Positions 51,098 to 63,053 of a DNA stretch of 64,000 nt are shown here, one piece after another. Origin of the DNA: Bigelowiella natans CCMP2755 (lineage: Eukaryota; Protista; Cercozoa); NCBI GenBank assembly GCA_000320545.1, contig ADNK01000512.1:1-64000 (forward strand). Direction: 5' to 3'. The notes beneath the pieces were generated by a model. The model was not told the DNA's origin, did no database searches, and saw only the letters and a list, made by a program, of their open reading frames with translations. A program made the translations under genes and the position numbers. Position 1 is the first letter of the stretch; every line of letters begins with the position of its first letter.

Positions 51098-53296
51098 TCA
51101 AGAGCAGCGTTTGGTGCAGTCTGCAACGCATGCTTTGTAGGCTGCAAGCGGCGTGGCTGGGCAAGCTGACATACATGCCTCGAGCGAACCACCAGGACAG
51201 CCCGACGGCGCGGGGCCGGGCGCAGGACCCACCGCCTCGGCAATCTGATTCGTGAGTTCGTATGTGAAAGTGCCACTTGAGAAGTCTATCGTGTCCATCG
51301 ACGTGTCAAATACGAAGACGCCGGCAAGCGCCTTAGATTTAGCGTAATCAGTGATCGCTGCAATCGACTTCTGGTCGTTGTACGACACCCAAGTGCCAGC
51401 CTCGGTATATGCATCGCCACCTGGCGAGGGAAAGTACGCGACATCCGACGCAGTGGCCGAGTCGTGATAGTACGAGCCGCCCGCCGCGCGGAGTTCATTG
51501 TACATCATTGTACCACACAACCCGCTGCCCTTACCAGGCTTTGCACCGAATGTCTTCTGAAATGGCCCGCAGCACTTGCCTTGCACCGTGCCATTTGCTC
51601 CAAATCCCATCCAATCGGTCATGCCAGGTTGAAACCATGTGTGACCGTAGTATGGGATGCCGAGCATGATCTTCGAGGCTGGGACGCCGGCAGCCAAGTA
51701 GCCCTCGATCGTGTCGGCAATCGAGATTTGGAGCGCTGGCTGCGGTGGGGCGTGTAGCGGCGCGTTTGGGCTCATCATTGAGCCATCTGGCACATCGGAG
51801 ACAGTGTAATCATACGTCATCACGTGCCAGTGGTCAATAAACGGCGTCACCCCTGGCAAATTCATCTTGGCCCAGTTTTCGGGTGATGCCTGCGAAGCAA
51901 TCGAGATGTATGTCGCGGGGAGTGCGGCGCGCAACTCCTTGGAGAGCGCAGCTAGATTTTCCGTATCCTGTGGACAGGATCCACCCTTGTCATCGACGGA
52001 TCGGAATTGCGTGCAAGATATCTTCACCGGGTCGCTACGCGCCGGAGAGCATGGGTACTCCCAATCCAGGTCGATGCCGTCTAGGTTGTTCGCGGCGAGG
52101 AAGGCTTGTGCTGAGGCAATGAACTTGGCGCGAGAGTCGCTCGTAGCAGCCATTGTCGAAAAGTATTCAGAGGGGAAGTTCCATCCACCGATGGAAGCGA
52201 TTACCTTTAGCCCCGGGTTCGCGCTCTTGTATGCTGTGATCGTTTGCATGAACTGTGGGTCCTTAGCCTCCACACTCATCAACTGGAACTCGGTAGCGTC
52301 CGTGCATTGTCCGTACGGCGCTACCGCCCAGTAAGGCATCGGATTGGTGCCAGCGGGTGGGCAGAAGTAGATGAATCCGTAGTAGAAGGCGTCAACCTTT
52401 CCAGCGATCGGTGCGAGATCCTCGGGTGTGTGCGTGTACGGCTTGGTGTGGTATTGGGCCCAGTTGGCAAAGTAAGCCCCAAATGTCATCGAACTATTGG
52501 CCGCGGTGCGGTCCGCAGCGGTCCTAGTGTGTACTGCCCTCGCGTTGTGCGGCGCATTCTGCTTCCATTGAATGAATCCCGCAGTCGGGATACTTGCGGC
52601 CGCGAAATACGACTTGACTGCAGAGTATTGCGAGGCGTCCACGATGGATGGGGCAATTATCGGCTTGGCCTCTCTATAAAGATCCCACGTGCAGCCAGCG
52701 GCAGCGCATGCAGCGGTCGGATCAAATTGGGGCGCGCTCTCTGATCCTGAGGAGTAGAGCTGCGGTGAGAGCACGTCAATATTGGAGTCCTTTGCCCACG
52801 CTCGGACCAGTTCAACTGCGGTAGTGGGCTTATCAGTTTGATAAGGAGCCGAATGACTCGTGGTCACGGTAACAAACAGCCCGAGCTTCTTGGCTGCTGC
52901 AAAGGCATACTGAAACGCAGCCACCATCGTGTCGCTGCTCCCGCTCACCTGCTCGACGTCAAACACAACCCCAGAATAATTGGCCTTGACAACAAGAGGG
53001 AGATCAGAGACGATTTTCGTGAGGATGGATTCGTCGAATGTCCCAGCAGAGTTTCCACCGCCAAGCGATAGATGACGCCGGCCGCGCAAAGATGGACAAC
53101 ACCATGCCGCTCCGGGAGTATATCCATCAAGCGCCTTTTGAACATCGACCAGCCCAGTGAACGCCACGCCATCTGTAGCTTCCTCGATTACGGATCCAGA
53201 ACCCCAGTTCCAAGAATAATATCCGATCATGTTACAGCTGCCCAGGGGCAGGCCGACGGCGAGTAAGAGAAGGGCCATCATTCCAGGCATGTGCAT
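51098..53296 (-). CDS. Secreted intronless chitinase with two GH18-type domains and a C-terminal 6-Cys module (732 aa)
   Basis: Signal peptide (MMALLLLAVGLPLGSC). Domain 1 has LSLGGG and YSGVVFDVE. Domain 2 has YFANWAQY, KVIASIGGWNF, NLDGIDLDWEYP, VMTYDY, KIMLGIPYYG, WVSYND, LAGVFVF. Pro/Ala linker, then CPGGSLEACMSACP...CVADCTKRC. Confidence 0.92.
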   Translation of the reverse strand: MHMPGMMALLLLAVGLPLGSCNMIGYYSWNWGSGSVIEEATDGVAFTGLVDVQKALDGYTPGAAWCCPSLRGRRHLSLGGGNSAGTFDESILTKIVSDLPLVVKANYSGVVFDVEQVSGSSDTMVAAFQYAFAAAKKLGLFVTVTTSHSAPYQTDKPTTAVELVRAWAKDSNIDVLSPQLYSSGSESAPQFDPTAACAAAGCTWDLYREAKPIIAPSIVDASQYSAVKSYFAAASIPTAGFIQWKQNAPHNARAVHTRTAADRTAANSSMTFGAYFANWAQYHTKPYTHTPEDLAPIAGKVDAFYYGFIYFCPPAGTNPMPYWAVAPYGQCTDATEFQLMSVEAKDPQFMQTITAYKSANPGLKVIASIGGWNFPSEYFSTMAATSDSRAKFIASAQAFLAANNLDGIDLDWEYPCSPARSDPVKISCTQFRSVDDKGGSCPQDTENLAALSKELRAALPATYISIASQASPENWAKMNLPGVTPFIDHWHVMTYDYTVSDVPDGSMMSPNAPLHAPPQPALQISIADTIEGYLAAGVPASKIMLGIPYYGHTWFQPGMTDWMGFGANGTVQGKCCGPFQKTFGAKPGKGSGLCGTMMYNELRAAGGSYYHDSATASDVAYFPSPGGDAYTEAGTWVSYNDQKSIAAITDYAKSKALAGVFVFDTSMDTIDFSSGTFTYELTNQIAEAVGPAPGPAPSGCPGGSLEACMSACPATPLAAYKACVADCTKRCS

Positions 53297-53870
53297 GGGA
53301 TGACTAGATCTAATAATGAGGCTGTTACTATTTTTGCGTCAGTTATGATTTTAGAGATTAGGGCGCATTGCACGTTGATTGGGCATTCTTATACTGCGTC
53401 AAGGTCCTTCTGGGATAAAATGTGAAGCGGATTTATTGATTAGCGTCAACACTGCGGGTATGTCGCAGAGTTGAAATCTGGAGAAAGACAACTGTTCTCT
53501 TCGCTGCTTTCTCCCATGAGAGGTACGATAATAGATCGATGTTTTATTGTCCAAATGCAACCTTAATGGTGCGGGGTGCGAGAGCTGTGTAAAAGCTTTC
53601 ACAGCAGGGCATGATTACGATATATTTGGGTTAAATTTTATCCTAGACTGACTAAAAGGCTGGACGAACTGAACGCCAGGCCCTCTTCAAAACCCACCTC
53701 GGGAGGAAAGAAGAAAACAGAGGAGGAGGAGAAAAGGAGGGGCACAAGTATTCACCAGAGACATACAAGATTAGCGCCCGAGGGGGCCAGAAAGCAGAAA
53801 TAGCTGTTGGGGTAGAAGTGAACGGACCTTGGAACCGCACGGAAGGCTGGCCGAAGCGATTTGAGTAGCC

Positions 53871-54997
53871 ATGGTGGATGCGACAGATGCGATCAAGTTT
53901 GATCTGTTGTCCCTAGATACAACAAACCTTGAGTCCTTGAAGCATTTAAACGCGACCATATTCCCGATTAAATATCCTCCAAAATTCTATAAGGAGATCA
54001 TGAAACCTCTGAACAAAGCGTTTTCAAAATTAGGTATTGAAAGAGAGATTGAGTAGGTATAATGTTAATACGACAACTGAACAGATTGCCAACACACCCT
54101 TCAGCATTTATCAAAAATGAGCTCATAGGGGCAATATGCTGCGAAGTCGTCCTAGAGGTGAGCTTAAATTATGTGTGCGCAGTTTGCGTGTAGGTGCCAT
54201 AGTTTCCTTCTTCCACTCCAGCAATTTTCCGTGTTTCTCAGAAAAAGGACCCGGCTCGAAAAAGATTATGCATATCTACAATTGGGGTCAAAGCAGAATA
54301 TCAATGCCGGAGTGTCGGTAGCAAGTTGCTCAAATCGTGCATTTTGGCTGCAAAGGTGGATAAGTCTTTGCAGGATGTCTTTCTACATGTCCAGGTCTGT
54401 CAGTCCCACTCTCTTAGGGTTGTCATGGTGATAGTGTAGCTGGTGTTGGTAGCACTTCTTTGATTATGAACTGAGAGCTCAGTATACAACTTGGGGGGGT
54501 ATTGCTGTATTGATAATATGTTCCTAATAAATGTATCTCAAGCGACTTGTATCCTCCTCCTCCTCCTCCCACTCATCCCCCGAGTCCAGACAGACAATCA
54601 CGATGCAATTAAGTTCTACGGGCGTTTTGGATTTGAGAACAGGCGTGAAGTGAAAAACTACTACCGGAGGATGCAACATATCCCAGGGGTCCCGCGGTCA
54701 AAACATTGCTTCGAGATGGTGCTCAAGATCCCTAGAGGAGAAAAAAGAAAAAGGGGAGGAGATGGCACCCCGACCTTCGACGACAAGAAAATGATGATGA
54801 ACCAGAAAGAGGACGAGGAAGAGAAAAACTTTGTAGTTATTGACACATGCGACCTGATCGGAGACTACGATACGGTCCCAGAGGTAGTTCTCGGGAAAAA
54901 ATGTGCTGCAAACACATTCGGAATGGCGAGAAAAAATGGTGAGAATGATAGTAATATGGACGATCTAGACAACATTGAAGCGCCGCAATCAACATAG
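53871..54997 (+). CDS. GNAT N-terminal acetyltransferase, NAA50/San-like (divergent), with an acidic C-terminal extension
   Basis: LKHLNATIFPIKYPPKFY, |AFIKNELIGAICC, RLCISTIGVKAEYQCRSVGSKLL, VFLHVQ|TDNHDAIKFYGRFGF...KNYYRR; 3 GT-AG introns. Confidence 0.8.
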
Positions 54998-55717
54998 AGA
55001 AAATGAATTGCACAGGTATCATGTACTCTGATAAGCCAATGAGCTGTCATTATTATTATCACAGCTTATAGCTGCCAACAAAAGCCATTCTCTAGCTCTT
55101 CTTCCGACTATATGTTATGAATTGTAGTTGAATGTGTGCAAGTACTCGACAATCGATGATGATGCTCATCATGCTAGCATGTATGAATGGTTGGAAATTA
55201 TTATGTGATTCGTTTGCATAAATTATTGCGCTAAAATTCAAATCTCGCATGCATATTGCTATTCGCAAACATAAGTAAACATTTTGTATACATCTATCCA
55301 TCTAGCCATGCTAGCATGTATAGCGTTGTAAATCTGCCTTGCATGCACTGTGCCATTACGGATTTTAACACATTGCACGCAGGGCTGTTTCGTGTGCATG
55401 AGCGATTTGCTAGTTTGCAGCATATCGCTCCGTCCATACTCATATCGCTGCTACATGTCTAAACGTTGCGTTGGCGCGTGAAATGGTTTAGGAGAATGTA
55501 ACGTAGCCTGAGGATAACCAACAACATATCTAGATATGCGTTCATGGTAGTCTAAGTCGAGGATATCGTGACATATCGGGCCAATATCGAACCTCTCCAC
55601 ACGTCGTCTGTGATAAAGGAAACTTTGAAGCAGGAAAAAAAGCCTTGGAATTCGACTCTACTTCACGTGTGTTTGTATGAATGTAAACTATGCAGCATTG
55701 TCCAAAAAAGAAAATGC

Positions 55718-56378
55718 TCATGAAGATAGCTTCAAATCCTTGGCGATCATCTTGGCCGCAATTGAGTGGTAAATATCCTTATTAGCCTTAAACGTTTCCA
55801 ATGCCTTCTCTTTCCCCTGATGACAATCATGCAAAGAAGAGTTTAATGAAGAAATATTTTCTCTTAACGATCAAGAAGATGCATCTGTTGACTGTGAATG
55901 AAAGAGGATTTAAGTTCCGTAGCAGTCTGTACCTCTGGGGATGCAAAAAGTAGGCGATAAAGCGGTCGGACGAACTTCATCCTACACAACAAGAACGTTT
56001 GTTATGAGTATAAGAGTTGGACGGCAGAATGAAGCTGCACACCTTCCCTGAGAGAGGACAAATTTGATTGCATCTGGGAATACAGACTCAAGCCCAGAAC
56101 GAATGCCAAGCTTATACCTAACCAAATAACGATGATGACGATGATGACGGTGATGATAGGCGATGATGATGAGTTCTGACGAAATTGAATGTCGAGTCTC
56201 ATGTCATCAATTAGACTAAATGGGATAGTCACCACCATACATAGAAGGAGGGAGGTTGTAGTGGGTGGATAATGATGATCATGAATGGCATACCATCGGA
56301 AGAGTATCTCACTGTTGCGTGACTTGGAGAAACCACACTTCTTGTCCAAACCACTCAGCAGCTCTGAAAAAATTCACG

Positions 56379-56412
<34 letters not shown>

Positions 56413-57129
56413 AGGAGGAGGAGGAGGAATTAGTGCTTCTGTTGCCACAGCAGCTGCGCAAACATATCGTTCACTCTTTCTCACCCTGAAACTTAGCCTT
56501 CTCCTTCTGTTCGCCTCCCTTCTCTGCAGCTTTAAAATCTTCCATCTGAGAAAATGGAGAGGGGAAAGAAGAGTGAGAAAGATGGCTGTTCTTTTGTAAG
56601 ATATTCAATGTGAAGGGGGTCCACTGAACAATGATCATCATTCTCAAACAGGATTGTAAGATAGGAACTTGAAATTTTGTCCCCCGATTGATGGTTGGAA
56701 TATTGTTACTACTACTTTTATTTGCGACAATAACAACAGGGATAATGAAGTATTAGGCTGCTCAACTCGCATAACCTGAATATCCTCCAATTTATCGAGG
56801 AAAATGACGGTTTGGGCGGTTGACCAGCCCTTCACAACAGAGCCCTCCACGATCACGCCTGCACAATACGTAAAGGAGTGAGGAAGGAGAACTTATAGCT
56901 GTAGCAGCAGTTAATGGTCAAGTCGCGAGAGGGGAAAGCAAGACATCACAAAGGAATATGCTCTTCTCTGCTTATCATCATCTTATCGGCTTGTGTCTTA
57001 AGTCCTCACTCATTAGGTCCTCCTCCTCCTCCTTCCCAGTCTACCTTCTTTGCATTTTGATGCCGCTTCTACGCACTCGTCCATGAGAGAGGTGTCGAAC
57101 TTGTTGGCCTTTTAGGTTTTCCAGGGTGA

Positions 57130-57173
<44 letters not shown>

Positions 57174-58093
57174 AATGAGACAGGGGAGAAGAAAGACACG
57201 ACGAGGATAGACGATTCAAAGCTGGCAGTAGTGAGAGTGTCGATTGGGAGGATTGTGTGGTCACGATTTCTCTACTGTTGACATCGTCGATGTTGTTTTA
57301 TCTTAGAAATAAATATGTTGTTTCCGGTAGGTTGGTAGTGTTGTCGCAGTGGACGAAGTTGGGAGATGATGATGTAATGATGATGATGATGATGATGATG
57401 GATATAATGATGATGACAATGACGCAGACGATTGAGTAAAACCTTGTACGGCATTCCCGTCGTATACCACCACTTTTCCCATTCGATACCTCCAAGAACC
57501 TGTGTATACCCCCCCCCCCCATCACGGGAACAACGAATAACACATCAGCAGCAGCAGCTACAAATACCAATACTGCCCGGGGCCATAGCACTCAAGGGCG
57601 TGTGTGTGTGTGTGTGTGGGTCGCATGTATGCAGAAGAAATGACTCCGTTCCAAATCCATTGTATTAGAATCATTTCGAAACTTCCTAAAGTGGTGTGAC
57701 GCTGGCCCACTCTCCCCCAACCAGCTCCCCATCTCCACCTTGTCGTCGACTTTTCCCTTCAGGTAGGAGAGAAAGAAATCGCGAAACTTCTCAGCGGTCA
57801 CAACATCGTTTCTGGTTGTGGGGATGACAATGATGACGATGGAAAGTGATGATGATGGTGATGATGTTTGCGGTTTTTTTTTTTGCCGATAGGTTTTATG
57901 GAGAGTGTCTACATCACAAAAGCATGCCCTAACTGACACTTCCTCTCGAAGGAAGAGGCAGGGGAGAGGGAGAAGAGGGAGGAAGAAGATGTAACTTACT
58001 TAAATGTCGAACAGTACTCCTTGAGTAGCGGATTCATCACTTTCTCACCGCCAATCTACCCGTAGACCATCATCATCAACATCATCATCATTT

Positions 58094-58128
<35 letters not shown>

Positions 58129-58378
58129 TATGACTTGATCATAATTCTGCTGTCAGACTACTGCCACTACTACCACCACTACTGCTACTACTACTACTAC
58201 CAGGTTCTCAAGGTAAATGAGGAAGTTCAACCCCTTCTCGTACGGCACGCTCGAAAACGCATCATCAGGATCCACGTCTTAAATAAACAAAGAGAAGAAA
58301 AGAGGAAAAAAGCGTTCAACTTGTCGATTCACAGATTCCGTCATGAACCTCCCCAATATATATCTCTCTCTGTGTCTC

Positions 58379-58423
<45 letters not shown>

Positions 58424-58547
58424 TTTGAGCTCAGGTCTCATCTTGGTGTAGTTGTGGTCCTCTCCGAATAAGCTGATCGATCCCTGAAAAGAGCGAATAG
58501 GTCATCCACGTGAATGAATGGCCTCACTTCTCAGATATTAATATGTG

Positions 58548-58587
<40 letters not shown>

Positions 58588-58687
58588 TAAATGATCAACA
58601 CGGTCGCGCACACACAACACTTATAGAGTACCACACACAAGGTAAGGCATCATCACATCACGCAGAAGCAGCGGCATGTCACATGAC

Positions 58688-58718
<31 letters not shown>

Positions 58719-59331
58719 AACAACAATACCCTGAGTGCCTTCAAGCCTATGTTCGCGTACAGATCAAAGTACTTATCGCCGAAAAGAGCCTTGATGATTT
58801 TGAGCTCCAGTATGCGGCAGAAGCCCTCGTTCATCCAGAAATCGACCCAGCTCTTGCACGTCACAAGGTTCCCCATCCAGGAGTGGGAGATCTCGTGGAT
58901 CACCACGGTCGCCAGCGACTAGACGTTGAGGAGGAGGAGGAGGAGGAGGAAAGAAGGATGGTGGAGGCAATGACGGTTGTCAGTGATGATTATGATGATG
59001 GTCATGGAAGGAGTGATAAAAGAGAGAGAGAAAATAGCAGCAGACTCCTCCACCACCCCTTCTACTGTCCTCTTCATCATCATTATCATTATCATCATCA
59101 TCTTACACTCCTCCTCGGACCTTATCCCCCGCAAGTAGAGTAGGGGTGACGAAGGTAAGGCATGGATTTTCCATGCCGCCGTAAGGGAAGGAGGGGGGGA
59201 GGAGGAGGATGTCATAACGCCCCCACACATAAGGTCCTGCGATAGATTCAGCAGTGGCGAGATACTTCTCCGTGTCTTCAAACTCTGCCACACCGGCGTC
59301 CACCATCTCAGGTTCTGACCACACTGTACAG

Positions 59332-59411
<80 letters not shown>

Positions 59412-60814
59412 GGCAACTTTCAATCACAACAATGAAAATCCTTGAAAATAAATATGCTGATCTCTTTTTGATCAATTCTCGTGCGTGCTTGTGAATACCT
59501 GACGATCTTGGCCCTATCTTTCGCTCCTCCAGGCACCCAACCACCAACGCAACAAGATACGACGGCGTAGGTACAGGCTAAATCATCATAATCATCATCA
59601 TCATCATCATCATCATATACATCTCGCAAGTATAAGTTCCCCCTCTCCTCTTCTCTCTTGTGTAGGTGAGCATTTGTCGAACAACTCTTCTCTCTCCTGT
59701 GTGGGTGTATGCTTTTGTAACGTAAAGAAAGAGCAAGGAAGAGGAAAGCTGATTAGCCATACTTGCGAAAATCGGTAGACAACGGAGTCTTCTTTCTTCT
59801 CTCCAGTCCCTTTGGCAGCGACGGCGGACATCAATGCAACAAGGGGCGAGGGGACTGCAATAGTCGCGGTGTACGTGCTCCTGATGAGTGATGATAATGT
59901 GGATCGCGATAAGTGGATGTGGTGCTGGCTACTGCATATTTTTGATCTCTCTCACTTCACTCCTGGAGAATCTTGGCATGGGAACATGGAGCGAGCGTGG
60001 ATGGCCTACATGATGTAGGATCATTATTCACGTTGGGGAAATTTAGGATATTATAAGTAGATATCATTGGTGATTCATCATATCATCTCCTTTCAAAATA
60101 GTGATAGTTCATGAAACAAGGACGCTGTTTTGGCCATGTTGCAAGGAAGACCATTGTCTTCAATCTATAGATTCCACGTCTCAACTACAGAATTGATGTA
60201 TAAATGCCGCCGGCTACGATGGCAACGAAGGTGTACCTGGCACTGAGTAAAGAGATAGGGATGCTTCTTGCCTGCTGTGTTCGCAGGAGGCAACCACTGG
60301 ACCGGGGAGAGGGACAGGGGGAACAGAAATTATATCATTTTTTTTTGGTCTTTAAATTACTTTAATTTTGACTTTATTATTTTCACACACATTTTCTCTT
60401 GTACCTGGATTGCTGACGACTGAGGGGAGGTCGAGTAGTAAATCCGAATATCTTTTGTTTCACCCTCCTTCACGGCCTCACCAAACTTGACTTCCAATCT
60501 ACGAGCAGCCCAAGCCAAAGTAGTGAGTCGTCTTTCTTTCCTTCCCTATCTTATTCCCTCCCCCTCTCTATTTGCTTCACATATCACCGCTACCCCCCCC
60601 CAATCTGCTTCGAACGATACCCCTCTCTCTTCATGGTGCGAATGTAAGTAATACTTTGAGCCGAAAACTGGATGAGGCTTGTCCATGGAATGCTCAATCT
60701 TATTGCCCTTTAAGTCTTCAACCTGTTTTACCATTTAGACAAATATCTTGATAATGGTGCAGATAATGATGATGATTATCGGAGAGAGCACACACACATA
60801 CATGTACACACCAC

Positions 60815-60871
<57 letters not shown>

Positions 60872-61372
60872 GGGGGAGGGGGGGGTGTTGAGAGAACTTG
60901 TCTCCTCCAACAATCGATTTAGTACACGAAATTGTGAAGACTTAAGTTTGAGATAAAAGATCTCGCTTAGTAGCTTCTCGACGAATTTTCTCTCACTCTT
61001 TCATTTTCGTAACCTTTGAGATGGTCAAGTCTCGGGTATCCAACACCAAAGACGTACTTTCCTTGAGCGCTTTTGCTTTCACATCAATGTGGCCCTGTTC
61101 GACACGAATAGCAAAAGAACGGATAGAGAAGTGGGTAGGAGCAATGAAGCATATTCATGGAGTTCCAACTATTGGCTTATCTCTGAAATCATTCCCTTGT
61201 AAGAGGTTTTCAATTTATCAACACGTCAACGTCTACTAATAATGATGCTTGTGGCGTGTATTTGTCCCCCCCTTACCTTCAGAGTCTTCTCTTTGAAGTT
61301 GACAGAGAGATCGAGATGGAACGACGTGATTTTCACGTTGTCCAGATTCGCAAACGATGCAGGGTCGCTCAT
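55718..61372 (-). CDS. LTA4H: Leukotriene A4 hydrolase / M1 zinc aminopeptidase
   Basis: [19 protein letters not shown]|[63 protein letters not shown]...FWMNEGF (HEXXH...E), [25 protein letters not shown]; stop at 55718. Confidence 0.95.
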
Positions 61373-62168
61373 TCTAGCTCTTCGATGATGAAAATGCTGG
61401 TGTTTCTTTAATGTGGTAAAACTTTCGTCGACAGTACCAGCAGAAGAAGCAATAGCCTGGAAGAGGAAGGGGTACAATGTGGGACTACAACACAAACTTC
61501 GAGGATGTTCAAAGGTTAAACGAAAATCTGAATGGGGGATAGCTCATAGAAAAATGACGCAGCTCTATTTCATCTGTTGAAAAGGAGCTCGAGTAAAATC
61601 TTCCTGAGCACATATCTAGAGATTCCGTTCGGAGGCAAGAATCTAATTTCGTGGCGTCATCATCATTCTCCGCTCCCCATTCTCTTTATGATGTGTTGCA
61701 CTATGAACTGAGAAATCTGACGGTGGAAGTAATCTACGGCATGCGGAACTCACCAGACAGAGAGTTATAAGTCGGAGGAGGAAGGGGGGCAGTAGGGTCG
61801 TAATGCTTCCGCGATTCGACGAGGCGAATTTTGGCTTTCGATGCCTTACCAGGATAAAAACAAAGTTTTTCGTTGTCGTTCCGACAAATCGGCATTTGCT
61901 TTCTGCAATAATTCTCGAATATTTACTTTTACTTTGAGCGGCAGAAGAATCCATGCGTTCCAGCGCCTACGACCTACACCATACCGCAAAACCCAATGTC
62001 GGTACCAGCCTCGATTCCAGGAGAGCATGCTGGTCCTTTTTCCCAGCCGGAAACATCCATGAATTTATTTCTTCTTCCTTCTCGTCTTATCCACGGTACC
62101 CTCCACAAGAAGTACGAGCATAGAACATGATTTAGTCTCGAATTACTACGAGATCTATCTAATTGCGA

Positions 62169-63003
62169 TGGAGGACAGAAACGACTCTCCGCTCCCTCCG
62201 AGCGAACGAACGAACGAACAAACGAACACGAGACTGCTCGCTGATCCGGCACTGGAAGGATGGACCTATCTCCAGAGGTGGATATAAAGCTTCACCGGGC
62301 CAATTATGCACCAACCAAAGACTTTACCATGAGAGCGTGTCAGCAGGGGCAGCAGCGTTCTTGTGATTCCTCGTTCCTTCTGCCATGTTCGCCAGCAGCT
62401 CGCTGGTTAATAGGAATAAAGGGACAGAATGCTCTTAACTTTGGAGTAACAATTAAAACCCTACTATGTTCAGAGCGGATATCTCGTGCCAGGAGAAGCC
62501 GAGCGATCAACTCGATGTCTAGGGTGTAGGCAGTTCTCGGCGCTCGTGGGCAAAAATTGTGAGTAGTACTGCTGTTGGGCAAAACTCATTCCATGCATGA
62601 TGGATCGCTTTACTCATCCTACAAAGTCCACCAAACAGTCCTCCTCTTATTTTAACGAATAGGTTACTCATCAAGTATCTCTCTCTTTCTCTCTCCCCTT
62701 CCTCTTCTCAATTGTTTCTAAATAGTTCGCCTCAAGAGACGTAGTTGGTGCCAAACATTAGCTGAGGTAGCCATTACAACACACTAAAATCCATAATAGG
62801 GGGAAAATGTTAAAACAACGAGTGCTAGCATTGCGACAACATCTTGTTAGACTGATGATGTTTAAATGGTTGATTGTGAAGCTCATAAGCCCCGTGGCGA
62901 TCGCTGGACTATTTGTCCTTGGTTTTTCGCTTTCCTCGGTAGTACTGACCTAACTACTTTTACTGACTTATTCTATATTTCATGTAATGAATGACCACCT
63001 CTA

Positions 63004-63053
<50 letters not shown>

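Noticed and set aside
55524-55540. Recurrent (at)atctaga(t) motif at ~15142, ~21367, ~40039, ~50725, ~55527 and ~61612
   Set aside because: Too short to call by eye, and possibly a by-product of CTAG surviving the TpA erosion; needs a k-mer enrichment test.
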